64,000 bases of DNA, taken from NCBI GenBank assembly GCA_963713605.1, contig CAVQMO010000012.1, forward strand, positions 256,001 through 320,000, in the 5' to 3' direction. Shown here piece by piece: positions 32,400-43,979 of the stretch (its first letter is position 1; each line of letters begins with the position of its first letter). The notes under the pieces were generated by a model. It was given only the letters and a program-made list of their open reading frames with translations, was not told the origin of the DNA and did no database searches. This DNA comes from an uncultured Nitrososphaerales archaeon. Lineage in GTDB: Archaea > Thermoproteota > Nitrososphaeria > Nitrososphaerales > Nitrososphaeraceae. A program made the translations under genes and the position numbers.

Positions 32400-34040
32400 T
32401 CAAGACAAGTAATCTAAAAGACCATCCCTAACTTCCATCTTTCCTTCATTAAAGATTCTTTCATCCATTTCCTTAACCAATCCTGCGTTAGGCATGAAAC
32501 TCATCTTAGAATATACGTCTTTATCCGGATCAATTCCTGGAGCAACCTCTTCTAGAACTATTCCATTCTCACTCAATCTGAAGACTGCTCTCTCTGTTAC
32601 ATAAAGAACCTCTTGCCCATATTTAATTGCCTGATGTCCACTGAACACCACCTTAAAGACTTTTTCCACAAATTTTGAAGTTGTCCCGTCACGAACAATA
32701 TTAATTCGGTTATTTGAGATACGAATATCACTTTTTCCTGCAGTAAACGCACCTCCAAAGCAGATTTTTGGAGCTCCCCCGGCTATCACTGGAAATCCAC
32801 CCGGTCCAAATATTTTATTGGGCAGCATTGATGGATTTACGTTTCCTTCTTTGTCGACTTGAAGGAAACCAAGAGACGCGGCATCGATTATTCCACCCTC
32901 AAAATTAGAGAATACATCAGGAATAGTTGACAATGCAAATGGACTTATTGCTAATCCGAAGTCATTTCCAGATAGAGCAAGTCCTCCCCAAGGACCAGAT
33001 TCTAGTACTGTTATGATAAAGTCTGAGACATCCTCTTCAGCCCCGACTGAAGATATAAGAGCAGGGATTCCTATTCCTAGATTGACTAAAATAGGTGCTC
33101 CCTTTTTCTTGAATACCGCCAATAATTCTAGAAGGATTCTTCTAGCGATTACCCGTTCATGTGCGTAAGATAGTGCCTTTGGAAGACCCTCCAACCAGCT
33201 TCCTGTAATGGGCGGAATAACCTTATAGGAGAGCCTAAGGTCATATTCGATGGTTCCACTTTGCCAATGATATTCTTTGGGGGACACAACGACATGATTT
33301 ACTAACGGTCCTGGTACATCGACATCTCTCGGACTGATTGTGCCAGATTTTGAAAGCCATCTGACCTGGGCAATCACCGTACCAGCGTGAGGTCTCGCTT
33401 TTGCGGCTTGCGCAATACTTAGAATAGTTCCCTTTAATCCCTCTTCTCGTAAAGACAAATTTCCATATTCATCTGAAATGGATGCCCTTATCAAAGCATA
33501 ATCGGGCTTGGGGGCCTGATACAGAAGATAGTCAGTTCCTCCGATATCCAATAGGCTTACTTTGCACGGCCCATCTTTTCTTGCCCGTTGATTCAATCCA
33601 GCACCATCGTTTCTCGGATCAAGATACGTATCAACACCAATCCTTGTCAATAGTCCTGGCCGTCCTGCTGCAACCTCTCTGAACCAGTATGCGGTAATCC
33701 CTATTGGCCATCCGTAGCATTCAATTCGATCATCTGTTACGAGTTTCTGAAGCCAAGGTGAAAAGCCTAGAAATGGCATTAATGCACCTCTAAGAAATTT
33801 CTGCTCAGGGTCCTTGTAAAGGTCTTCGGCGACTTTATCTAATGCTCTGCCGGGTGTAGCAGGAAGAGCATCAGAGATAACAAACAAATTCTTTGGGTGT
33901 CCGTTCTTAGTGTATTGATGATATAATTCAAGAATAAGATATTCAGGCGTATTAGCCATGTTAAAGCCAGAAATTGCAACGACACTATTATCTTTTATAT
34001 CAGACAAGGGAATATTGATACCAACAATCTTGGAGAACAT
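32400..34040 (-). CDS. Family I acyl-CoA:acetate/propionate CoA-transferase (fused alpha/beta, Pct/YdiF-like)
   Basis: SGF, AAGRPG..TRIGVDTYLDPR, NLGIGIP, ESG (catalytic Glu), QVDKEGNVN, GPGGF, YVTERAVF. Confidence 0.9.
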   Translation of the reverse strand: MFSKIVGINIPLSDIKDNSVVAISGFNMANTPEYLILELYHQYTKNGHPKNLFVISDALPATPGRALDKVAEDLYKDPEQKFLRGALMPFLGFSPWLQKLVTDDRIECYGWPIGITAYWFREVAAGRPGLLTRIGVDTYLDPRNDGAGLNQRARKDGPCKVSLLDIGGTDYLLYQAPKPDYALIRASISDEYGNLSLREEGLKGTILSIAQAAKARPHAGTVIAQVRWLSKSGTISPRDVDVPGPLVNHVVVSPKEYHWQSGTIEYDLRLSYKVIPPITGSWLEGLPKALSYAHERVIARRILLELLAVFKKKGAPILVNLGIGIPALISSVGAEEDVSDFIITVLESGPWGGLALSGNDFGLAISPFALSTIPDVFSNFEGGIIDAASLGFLQVDKEGNVNPSMLPNKIFGPGGFPVIAGGAPKICFGGAFTAGKSDIRISNNRINIVRDGTTSKFVEKVFKVVFSGHQAIKYGQEVLYVTERAVFRLSENGIVLEEVAPGIDPDKDVYSKMSFMPNAGLVKEMDERIFNEGKMEVRDGLLDYLS

Positions 34041-34131
34041 TTGCTAAATATCACCGAGTGTTCCTATTTAAGTAGACCCGTTGTCCATTGCTCCGTAATG
34101 CAAAGTTCCACGACATACTAAATACCGATTC

Positions 34132-34705
34132 TCAGATATGCCATTTCAATTCATGTTTTTTCTTTTTTTCCTCATTCTTAAACTCTGCCAGACAATATGT
34201 GCACTTATATGTGGAGATAATTTTAATTGGATAGTCATTATTACTATCATTGTTAACACCAATATCATGATTCTCACTGTTGTCACCTGCATATGAGGTA
34301 AATGCAGATGACCTTACCAATCCCATACGTACTTTTTTGTAATTGTCAAGAAGATCCTTTAATGTATAGTCCCAACCATTCTGCAGGAGTTCGAGTCTAT
34401 CTGCTTACGCTACAGGATGAGTATATCGTCCAGTGGGATTTGTTGATGCAAGGAATTCTCTCCTGCCTTTCTTTTCTCTAGCTTCAGATTCAGGATCTCC
34501 ATCTAATAGTAATCGAATAGCATACTAATTTTCTTCATTATTAGTCCATAATTGGATCTTCCTGTGAATTGTGTCCTTATCGCTTGCTACTCTTTTTAGC
34601 TCCTCTAAATCACTTTTGGCAAGATCAGCTCTTGCAATCCTCTTTTCTCCTTTCTGTTCATCATCATCATCATCAACAGATGCTTTGGGCAAGTTTTGAA
34701 TCTCA
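34132..34705 (-). CDS. Hypothetical protein with C-terminal C2H2 zinc finger, fragmented (5' end approximate)
   Basis: YKCTYCLAEF......HELKWH; coding-like charged sequence upstream of the listed ORF. Confidence 0.55.
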
Positions 34706-34832
34706 AAAAAGTATTAAGAATGGCTTTCAATATTAACTATACATGAATTTAGATTTTAAATAGCAGATACTAGATTAGAATCGAGTCTGTTACCATATGT
34801 TTAGATAACACACGTAATATAGACATCATTGT

Positions 34833-35246
34833 TTGTCAGATTCATCCTCATCAATTCCCATTGGGCCAACTGCATTTGATAATGCCAACACGGACAAAGA
34901 AATTCTAGATGAGTACAGAAGGACATGTTCTATAATATTTGGAAAAACAAGCCATTCCCAGATGAGATTCCTCCAGGCGTCAATAGAACTACAGCAGAGT
35001 CTATTGAATTCATGCGATTCCCTACTTGCAAAACAAACCAATTGGCTTGAGGAAAATCTGTTCGAGAATAATAGTACGCCTGCCAGCATCTTTGGGTCCA
35101 ACCTGAAAGCTTTGGTTAGGGGCTACACTGCAACAGTTGACGCGTTAATGACTATGTTATCAATTGGTTATGATTTGACAACCTTTCATATAGAAAGTTA
35201 CAAGAAGATTACCGATACGTTAAACAAATCTTTTTTCTTGCCATGA
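34833..35246 (+). CDS. Hypothetical helical protein
   Basis: 137-aa ORF. Confidence 0.5.
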   Translation: MSDSSSSIPIGPTAFDNANTDKEILDEYRRTCSIIFGKTSHSQMRFLQASIELQQSLLNSCDSLLAKQTNWLEENLFENNSTPASIFGSNLKALVRGYTATVDALMTMLSIGYDLTTFHIESYKKITDTLNKSFFLP

Positions 35247-35313
35247 TTTATTGAGGAACAGGTATATCGATTAAAACCATTCTGAGTTTAAATAATAGGT
35301 GATTATTTTTTCA

Positions 35314-35874
35314 TCAGATTCCGGGATTGGTACCCTTTGGAAAATTATCGTCATTAAGGAATCTCTCATACATAAAACGGTACCCAAATTGCATTTGATC
35401 ATTAAGCAGGCCTTCACCGACAGATGTAGATAAAGGCATGGTTTTCATAACTGCTCTCAGAATATCCTTGTCAGTGACAATTCCGACCATGTTATTATTC
35501 TCGTCTCCGATCACGGGAAGTCTGCGTATATTTCTTAGTTGCATTGTCTCAATTACGTCTCTCAGAGAATTGGCTGTTGTAACTGTGATTAGTGGTGTGC
35601 TCATTACTTCAGAAATTTCTGTTCGAAGTGATAGGGCCCGATCAGAACCCAGATATGATACAACATCTCTTTCAGTAATCATCCCTATCGCCATAGGTAG
35701 CTCACTTTCACGTTTTTCTTTAGTTAGAGTGTTATCACTGCCCTGAATGATAACTATGCTGCCGATTCCATTATGATACATACTCTTGCATACGTCTCTA
35801 ATTGTTTGGTTTGAATAGGCAGTTTTGACATCCTTACTCATTACACTTGTGATAGACAGATCCTCAAAAGTCAT
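35314..35874 (-). CDS. CBS-domain pair protein
   Basis: IGSIVI, GMITERDV, VMSTPLIT, IRRLPV, GIVTDKDI. Confidence 0.92.
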   Translation of the reverse strand: MTFEDLSITSVMSKDVKTAYSNQTIRDVCKSMYHNGIGSIVIIQGSDNTLTKEKRESELPMAIGMITERDVVSYLGSDRALSLRTEISEVMSTPLITVTTANSLRDVIETMQLRNIRRLPVIGDENNNMVGIVTDKDILRAVMKTMPLSTSVGEGLLNDQMQFGYRFMYERFLNDDNFPKGTNPGI

Positions 35875-36181
35875 AATTATATGTCAGTGAACCTTTGTGA
35901 TTAAAGTATTTGTATGCTAGGTATTCACTGCATTGCCATGCATTACAAGCAATACTCACAGACCGCTTGTAATATCTCCTCTAATGAAAATAATCCAGTC
36001 TGTCACACACATACATATTGGTTAATTAGGGAGTTTGATTCGATCATTGAAGAATAAGGGAAAAAAGTATCGGTCATCAAAGTGAGATACTTATTGGTGT
36101 CTTCGCAAAGCAGTTAGCTTGATAACCAAACTGTAGGAATGATACTTCTTCTTTGGTCAAGCTAGCTTCATGCATACTATC

Positions 36182-36584
36182 TCAACTGAATAATTCCCTG
36201 TTTTTGTCAGTATAGGGTAGCAACTCAGTTTCTATAATATCTTTTACATCGGTACCTATATCAAATGATAAAAGAATAAAGAAGTTGACCTCGTGATTAC
36301 CTTTTATTGCAACCGGGACAGTAGCGCGAATTAGTCTATCGTATGTTCCTATAGAATGCTTAAGCATCCCTAATTTGCTTATAAAATCCTCTCTTATTGC
36401 GGCTCGAAGTACGGCCTGCAGTGCATAATGTTGAGTCTCCTCTTTTGTCATGAATGGCGTTAACCCTTCCCGATATGAGGTAGATAACAGTGTGCCGTGG
36501 TTGTTTGCTATTCCTACGAATCTAATAGATTCTGCTCATCTTCGATACCTCATTGCATATTTGTGTAAAATGATTGGAGGCCAT
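36182..36584 (-). CDS. DUF6659-like thaumarchaeal protein, frameshifted
   Basis: Upstream frame IRFVGIANNHGTLLSTSYREGLTP joins MTKEETQHYALQA...YDRLIRATVP. Confidence 0.65.
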
Positions 36585-37340
36585 CCCTTCTGACAATTGA
36601 TACTTACCAAGATGAGTACAACGTTACAACTATTTATTTAATAGGATCAGCATATCCCACTAAACCTTAGAAGAATTGAGACATTAAACATCGGGAGTGG
36701 TGGAATTCAATAGCTAAAGGGATTTCTCTTTAGGTCTCGAGGTTATTGGAGGATTATTAGGAAGCAGTTGTTGAAGAGATGGGTACCTGCACGTGAGAGG
36801 CTGCATCAATTAGACAGAAGTAAGGATGAAAATAATAACCACCAAAAGAACAGCTGCAGTGTAATACTGTAAATCTAAACTGCAGGGGTAGAAATTGTGG
36901 CTGGTTCTACCAATAATTTAGAGATAGAAGGTGTCGCCTTTAACAACCCGACTAGACGAAGTGAGGATAAAGTCACGGTTTTATGACTCAATAAGAAGGA
37001 AGGTACGTGAAAAATGTAGGTGCGTTACCCAATCATCTCGCCTGCCTCAACCGGAGGGATCATTTCTTCGACACGCCTCAACCTCCAGAAGCACTTGATT
37101 TTGCAGAAATTGATAACTATGATATTATCGCACAGAAGTAGATAGTTACCGATGATAATAGTATGCCCGGATAAGAATTTGAGGTACAGAGGGTACGTTA
37201 ATTCATACATATGAATTAGGTAAAAAGAGTTAGACCCTGAAGGAAGTTGTCAAGGGTGTAAATCTCAATTAAAAGAAAGCTCTTACTGGAGAATGTGTTG
37301 ATCGCCCATTCAAGTTGGTAGTTAAAATTACAACAAAAAT

Positions 37341-37815
37341 TCACCGTACAATCAATACAGGGCAATGTGCATACAATAGCACGCCTGAGGCAATGCTTCC
37401 TAATAGAGCTCTTTTAAAACCCGACTTCCCTCTCGTGCCCATTACTATAAGATCTACACTTTCGCGTTCTGCATAGTTAATTATTACCCGTTCCACGGTT
37501 GAGGAGGGATCTTCTATAATCTCTGATCTAAATCTTGCTTCAGTAACTTCCGATCCTATCAAGCCATCGACAAATGATCTTTCGACTTCATCCAGCCATT
37601 TTTTTGCTTCTCTTCTTTTTTCTTCCAATATATTGTCGTGTAAACGAGTTCCTGACTGGGTAAGAACATATCCGTATGGTAGAGACATCAAATCAAGTAT
37701 TGTCAACCCAATCAATTCTGATCTATATTTCTTGGAAAGACTGGTCCCAATACGAGCAGCCTTCATTGAGGGTGACCGATCCATCTATTGGGAGCATTAT
37801 CTTTTTTATTTTCAT
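37341..37815 (-). CDS. Universal stress protein, 5' frameshift
   Basis: MKIKKIMLPIDGS; DLIVMGTRGKSGFKRALLGSIA...AHCPVLIVR. Confidence 0.92.
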
Positions 37816-37903
37816 CCTATCTACCTTTAGTCACCATAGCAATTATACATCCGCCAGTTTAATTAGTTGTATGTATAAGTTATCCTGAATCAGATTCAAA
37901 TTA

Positions 37904-38599
37904 TTATTTGATAATTTCGCTTATTAAATATCCAACTAGGTAGGCAACAAAAGCAGCTATTCCGCCAATTGACAAAGTGTTCAATCCTGTTCTAATTAGT
38001 GATCTATGGACTACCATCCCTCTAATTATTCCTATTAGAAAAAATGCTATAGCAGTGAATATTATTGAGAACAAAAAGGCATCAGACGTTGACCAAACGT
38101 TGCTAAATCCAGAGATATAAAGCAAAATAAATGGAAATAATGGAATCATACCAATCAAATTGAACGCCATAAAAGTTGTTATCGCGGTATCTCTGGCACT
38201 CCGATTCTTGTCTTCAATTAAGCCTAATTCTTCTTTCATCATAGTGTCGATCCACACCTTCCTTGTGGAAGTAATAACTCTCACTATCTCATCCAATAGC
38301 TCTTCCCTAAAGCCTTTCTCTTTATAGATATCTCTTATTTCTTGTTCCTCTTGCTCTGCCAAGTTGTCGATTTCCCATTCTTCCCTCCTTCTTTGATTTT
38401 GAATATATTCTCTATGTGTCTTCGCGCCTAGGTAGTTTCCAATAGACATTGAGAAGCCATCTGCAAAAAGATTAGCAAATCCTAATATCAAGACGATAGA
38501 TGGCGATAGCGATGCTCCAATAACTCCGGCAACAACTGCGAAGGTGGTTACTGCTCCATCGGTCGCTCCATATACAAAATCCTCAATAGATAATTTCAT
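37904..38599 (-). CDS. VIT1/CCC1 family iron/manganese transporter
   Basis: DFVYGATDGAVTTFAVVAG, ANLFADGFSMSIGNYL, MMKEELG. Confidence 0.92.
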   Translation of the reverse strand: MKLSIEDFVYGATDGAVTTFAVVAGVIGASLSPSIVLILGFANLFADGFSMSIGNYLGAKTHREYIQNQRRREEWEIDNLAEQEEQEIRDIYKEKGFREELLDEIVRVITSTRKVWIDTMMKEELGLIEDKNRSARDTAITTFMAFNLIGMIPLFPFILLYISGFSNVWSTSDAFLFSIIFTAIAFFLIGIIRGMVVHRSLIRTGLNTLSIGGIAAFVAYLVGYLISEIIK

Positions 38600-38937
38600 A
38601 AGTATAAGTTAAGTATAGGATACTATTTGCTTTTTGTCCTGTGGTAAACTTGTTCTTGTAAGAAGACTGCAAAATGATGTTGAGTCATGCAACACCCACT
38701 CCTACCGTCCACGTATTCCAAATCACCTCAAAACACGGGAATAAGAGACCCTTTCTAACCTAAGAAAGGTGATTCGGTCTGCTGGCGATTACAACCTCAC
38801 GCAACGACTACCAGGGGCAGTTCAGTGTAGGCTTAAGATCTATTAGCCAAACGTGTCCGAAATACAAATGAGACTTGTGACGCCAAAATAACAGTCATAA
38901 TGTAGGGATTAAAAAAGTATCTGATTTGCGTCTTTGC

Positions 38938-39447
38938 TTATGATGTCTGGAACGCCTTCTCCATGTCTCTGTCTATAGGGCTTGCCATTACGTCTTCAAC
39001 AATATTATACGGTGCCAAATTGTCCACAGCAGTTTTAAATGTAACTAGGCCAGACAATACACTGAGAATCGTTTGAGGATCATTGTTGTTGGCAGTCAGG
39101 GGTGCAGTTTTCACAAATGTTACTAGTGCCTTATCTGCTAGACCTTGAGCAATCTGATAATCTGCTTGGCTTACTATCGGCTGCGATGTTGCATTTGCTA
39201 AGGCAGTCATATTTGGAGCAGTCATGTTTGCGCTCATTGGAAGATGTTCACGTTCAACATAGGTGCTCCCTGTAGCATTTGCGTAATACCCGAGGGACTG
39301 ATCAATCATATTCATAACTGCTGCGGCTTTTTGCCTCGCTTGTATGTCTACTGTCGCATTTGCAGGACTAGTCAAAAGATTGGTCCCCATCAAAGTAATA
39401 AACACGGTCTGCGACCAATGCAAGAGTTTGGATCCGTGTTTTCTCAT
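38938..39447 (-). CDS. Secreted helical protein
   Basis: Start at MRKHGSK gives a signal peptide ending ANA; A/N/T-rich. Confidence 0.65.
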   Translation of the reverse strand: MRKHGSKLLHWSQTVFITLMGTNLLTSPANATVDIQARQKAAAVMNMIDQSLGYYANATGSTYVEREHLPMSANMTAPNMTALANATSQPIVSQADYQIAQGLADKALVTFVKTAPLTANNNDPQTILSVLSGLVTFKTAVDNLAPYNIVEDVMASPIDRDMEKAFQTS

Positions 39448-39908
39448 AGGATCTTTTTTCGACCATCTAACGTGATAACAGAGACTACTATCTAAAATAT
39501 ATGATCGCACTGCACCTAATAGCACCCATAGCGATATCAGTATAACGACTGACCAGGATAATACAGGGTTACAGCAAACGATGGATGGTTCTGATACAAT
39601 AGGTACGTACGATGGTTCCCACTCAGGACATTCCCAATATACCACTGACCTGCAGAGCAGAGTTTTTGTAATACTTGTAATAGATAGCATGTATGATTTC
39701 CGAGACCTCAGAGGAGGGCAGAGCGGAACCGGAGATGAGCAGACTTTGATTGTATGGCGATGGCGATCACCGCATGGTATGCAAATATCTAGCGTATTGT
39801 CACAACTAGTCGACTTCTCTAGTCAACTGCCATATAACTAGCACGTTTACCTGTTAAGCTTATCAGTTGGTTGGTTAAAGGAGGGCCATGTATACATTTT
39901 AATTTGAA

Positions 39909-40349
39909 TTATTTTTGTATAATTATCGTCCCTTTGACCGACGGATTTGTGCTTGAGTAATAAGGATAAGTCCCTGGATTAAGATTTGCAGTTACAAACT
40001 CGCCATACCCTTTTGATTTTATTACCCCTGTATCGAACAATTTTCCTGACAGTGGATCTTCTGGTCCAGTACCACTTGTAATGCTGTGAGGAGAACTGCT
40101 ATTATTGCCGATAAATATTTCTGCGCCTTGGGATACGGTTGTCGTCTCTGGTCTAAACAACGTATTTTGTTGGGCGTCATCAGTAATCGTAATTATTACT
40201 GCAACGGGAGAAGAACCCGAGGCAAGGACTAATGGGAAAACAGATCTGAATGCATTCTCGCCAGCAGCAAAAGTTGCTACCGAAATACTAATTATAAAAA
40301 GCAACAATGACAACTTCATTGAAATATTATTCGAAAGTCTATCCAGCAT
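39909..40349 (-). CDS. Cupredoxin-fold protein with degenerate copper site
   Basis: PHSITSG...FDTG...GTYPYY; SSTNPSV replaces C-x-x-H-P-x-M. Confidence 0.8.
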   Translation of the reverse strand: MLDRLSNNISMKLSLLLFIISISVATFAAGENAFRSVFPLVLASGSSPVAVIITITDDAQQNTLFRPETTTVSQGAEIFIGNNSSSPHSITSGTGPEDPLSGKLFDTGVIKSKGYGEFVTANLNPGTYPYYSSTNPSVKGTIIIQK

Positions 40350-40566
40350 GCCTAAATCTATAACTTCGGTATAATTTGAAGTTTATTATTCCAAGCATAT
40401 CAGGACAGTCCCGAGCGTCCGCTAAAAAGTAATATCTGCAGGCTGATGTCAATAAGCAACTTATGTCCTTTGAATGCGCAAAAGAACTCGAACCGGAAAT
40501 AGGCCGACTTCAAGGTAAGCACGGTTATCCTGACGCGGCGAATAAAAGTACCTTTGAAAATGGGAT

Positions 40567-41088
40567 ATGGCAAGTATAATTCTAACTGGAGCTCCTGGTG
40601 TGGGTAAGACTACAATAGTGATAGATATTGCTCAGAAACTAAAGGAGAGAGGAGTGAGAGTAGGCGGTTTAGTATCTAGAGAAGTAAGAACCAATAATGT
40701 AAGAACAGGATTCGAATTCATTGACCTTGCTACAAATGATGGCGATGTTTTGGCTTCTGTGACCGAAAATGGTCCGAGAGTCGGCAAATACTTCGTTAAC
40801 CTAGCAGGATGCAGATTTGCTGCCGACCGATTGAAGATTGCTTTAATCAGTTCAGACGTCATAGTTTGTGACGAGATTGGCCCTATGGAGCTTAAATCAA
40901 AAGAGTTCATAGATGCTGCAAGTAATTTACTCAGGACTAACAGGAAGGTGATTGTTGTTATTCACCAAAAATTAGAACACCCTTTAATCAGTGAGTTTAG
41001 AGAGAAATCTAGTTCTTTGATCAACATTAATATCGGAAATAGGGAGAAAGTTGCCAAAATATTACTTAATGAATTAAGTTGCCTCTGA
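40567..41088 (+). CDS. THEP1-type nucleoside triphosphatase (NTPase_1)
   Basis: ILTGAPGVGKTT, RTGF, VGKY.V, DEIGPME. Confidence 0.92.
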   Translation: MASIILTGAPGVGKTTIVIDIAQKLKERGVRVGGLVSREVRTNNVRTGFEFIDLATNDGDVLASVTENGPRVGKYFVNLAGCRFAADRLKIALISSDVIVCDEIGPMELKSKEFIDAASNLLRTNRKVIVVIHQKLEHPLISEFREKSSSLININIGNREKVAKILLNELSCL

Positions 41089-41223
41089 TGCTTTTCAGCC
41101 CAGATACGGATACAATAAAGGTCTCACCTGCAGTGCATTGATACCAAGCATAGTGTCGATTTCACAATGATCCGAGGGTTCATTTATTGTGATAAGATTT
41201 ACAGGCTTTTTATTGACTGATGA

Positions 41224-41812
41224 TTATTTAGTCAAACCTAGGGATTGCCGCTTCCTGTCTCCTCTTCTATCTAAAACCGTAATCACCGTCCCACCTACTA
41301 ATGTTCCTATACCAATAACAAATACCCATGCTCCAGCTATTAACCCAGTAACGGTAGATAAGTTTATCTCACCACTATTTTCTGTAATCGGTAAGTATCC
41401 AAAGATACCTCCAATTTTGACTTGGTCAGTGCCCAAATTATGGATAGAAAGTGTATAGATTCCATCTATCTCCGGCTTAAACGAGGCAAAAATGTCGCTT
41501 TGACCGTCTTCACCAAATTCATTTTTATTTACTATGAATCCCTTGGGATCGATCACTGTCTGTTCCACAGCTGGATTACCTGTACTATTATTGGCTTCAA
41601 CATGTAGTGCTATTGAGACTGGTCGTTCTATATTGGTTATCTCGAGAGTGCGATTCACAGAGCTGGAAGGATCGACCAAAACATCTGATAGGATGATGCT
41701 TTCATTTAGAATAACACTCGCAATGCCCATGCCATATGCTGTCTGCCATACTTATTCCTATGGCAACAAGAGCAGCGCCTACTAGTAATATTATGTATCC
41801 TCTCTTTAACAT
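41224..41812 (-). CDS. Membrane protein with beta-rich extracellular domain, 5' frameshift
   Basis: MLKRGYII N-terminal TM, DPKG, GIYTLSIHN, C-terminal TM followed by basic tail. Confidence 0.6.
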
Positions 41813-42554
41813 TTTTGTGGAGAATTACATCGTGTCCTTCATTATTATCTGTATTTTTTCAAACAAATATGCAGGAGAGTGTTAGGGGATCTTGATCTGA
41901 CTTTATTCAACCTACGCAATTTCGTTGATTCCTCAAATGATTGCTTCAAACTCTTGGGTAACACACTATAAAAAAACAAGCGACTAACGGCAACATCGGA
42001 TGGCGCTGTGCTGGTTAGGACTCGTAGATTAAGTTAACAAGAGATTGGGCAGGCAGTCAACTTTGATTAATTGATACTCTCCGCCTGTTTCTTTTCAGTT
42101 CCGTTAAATGGCGGTGCTGATCCTTGGTACTATCTAGATCTTTTTATTTTGCAAGATTATAGATAAGCAGTTTTGCAGTGCTTCGTTACTGGCTATAGTA
42201 ACGCTTATATATTTTATGTTGTAGAAAGACATGTATAATAATAACAGAATTTTACTTCTTCGCTTTGCACTTCTTTTCTGATGAAGAAGGTGAATCAAAC
42301 TCGGAAGCGCCCATTCTTGAATTCAGGACAACATCATCTTCACTACCCACATTGACTAAAAGAATCATGCTTGGGGCTATCTTAATGGAATTCCATCTAT
42401 CACAGCTAAAATGCTCCCTACTTTAGATGCATAGCTATTATATGACGCTAAAAGCAGACAAGAAACTATGAAATAAATGAATCTGCAGATAACAACGTTA
42501 AGGCTTGAAGTAAATAGAATAATAAAAAGAACTTGTAACAATAGATAATAATAT

Positions 42555-43625
42555 ATGAAGACAACTACTACTTCGACGACGCAATCTAAGGTCTGTAAGA
42601 GTCTTCTCAGCAAGCTAGCATATCCACACAGAGTATCAACAATTCAGACTCAGGACACACATATCTCGTGGATTTTTTTGGCTGGACCCTATGCATATAA
42701 GATTAAAAAACAAGTCAAGTTCGGTGGCGTTCTTGATTTTTCAACACTGGGCTTAAGAAGACAGTATTGCTACAAAGAAGTCGAGCTTAACAAAAAATTG
42801 TGTAAGGATATGTACCTTGGCGTAGTCAGAATCATAGCAATTCCTGATAAGAATCATAATAGAGTTGTGATTGCAGATTCGCATACCAGGACAGGGAAAG
42901 TGATAGAATATGCAGTTAAAATGAAACACATTGCCTCAAAGTACAGAATGGATAAACTCTTAACTACACATAGGATTAAATTAGAAAATATTGGTGAGAT
43001 TGCTTCCATCTTGAATAATTTTCATTCAAGAGCACCAACTAGTAAGGAGATTCAAAAATATGGGCAACCAAAATACCTGAAATACAAAATAAAGGAAAAC
43101 TTTCAAACGTTAGCGAGACTCAGACATCCAACACCACAAGCTGAAGACATGTTAATCAAATTCATAAATAATAATGAAAATGTTTTCCTTACTAGAATCA
43201 GAGATAAGAAAATCAGAGATATTCATGGAGATCTGTATCTCAAAAATATCTTCATTGTCAAAGATAGAAAATATTACTTATACGATAGAGTTGAATTCAA
43301 TGATTCTCTTAGATATGCTGATGTTGCAGAAGATGTTGCTCATCTTTCCATGGATTTAGAATGCCATAAATACAATGACCTCAAGTTATATTTCGTACGA
43401 ACTTATATATTAAAAAGCAGAGATCACGATTTAGTAAAGATTCTTGATTTCCTTATTAGTTATAAGGCGTTCATGAGAGCCAAGGTTTCATTATACCAAG
43501 CAGTTTTTGAGAGGACAAAGACTAGACAGCATATGTTAAAAAAAGAAGCCGATCTACTCTTAGCCTTCGGTCAAAAGTACCTTACAGAATCTAGAATGAA
43601 AGGACTAGGATTCCCTATTGAGTGA
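42555..43625 (+). CDS. Aminoglycoside phosphotransferase-like protein (Rv2004c N-terminal domain type), no AAA domain
   Basis: THISW.FL...AYKIKK.V....LDFSTL..R...C..E..LN, HGDL...NI, D..EFN, DVAEDVA.L.MDL. Confidence 0.85.
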   Translation: MKTTTTSTTQSKVCKSLLSKLAYPHRVSTIQTQDTHISWIFLAGPYAYKIKKQVKFGGVLDFSTLGLRRQYCYKEVELNKKLCKDMYLGVVRIIAIPDKNHNRVVIADSHTRTGKVIEYAVKMKHIASKYRMDKLLTTHRIKLENIGEIASILNNFHSRAPTSKEIQKYGQPKYLKYKIKENFQTLARLRHPTPQAEDMLIKFINNNENVFLTRIRDKKIRDIHGDLYLKNIFIVKDRKYYLYDRVEFNDSLRYADVAEDVAHLSMDLECHKYNDLKLYFVRTYILKSRDHDLVKILDFLISYKAFMRAKVSLYQAVFERTKTRQHMLKKEADLLLAFGQKYLTESRMKGLGFPIE

Positions 43626-43760
43626 AGTCTAACTATGTAATCATCTTATTTATTCATGTGTTTCTATACCCTAGGGTATCTCATCTATTTCTACTCAATT
43701 TTCAACGATTTGATATTATCCAGAGCAAGTCTTAAATGGTATAGTATGCCTTTCTCTGTT

Positions 43761-43979
43761 ATGACGCATGTTGCGAAAGTAGTAGAACTTATTGGCAATT
43801 CAGATAAAGGTTGGGAGGATGGTGCGCAAGCAGCAGTAGATGAGGCAAGAAAGACAATTCATGGAATTACAGGAATAGAGGTTACCGATATGACTGCAAA
43901 GATAGATCCAAATACAGGCAAGATTACAGAATAACATACAACTGTAAAAATAGCATTTGGTGTTGAACACTCACAATAG
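43761..43979 (+). CDS. Dodecin family protein with an in-frame TAA at 43932
   Basis: VAKVVELIGNS..GWE...AVDEARKT; frame continues past the stop as HTTVKIAFGVE. Confidence 0.85.

Noticed and set aside
39448..39690. N-terminal extension of the 250-aa ORF
   Set aside because: Signal peptide begins at the internal MRKHGSK; upstream sequence looks non-coding
40480..40525. CTCGAACC (tRNA T-loop-like on the minus strand)
   Set aside because: No cloverleaf pairing around it
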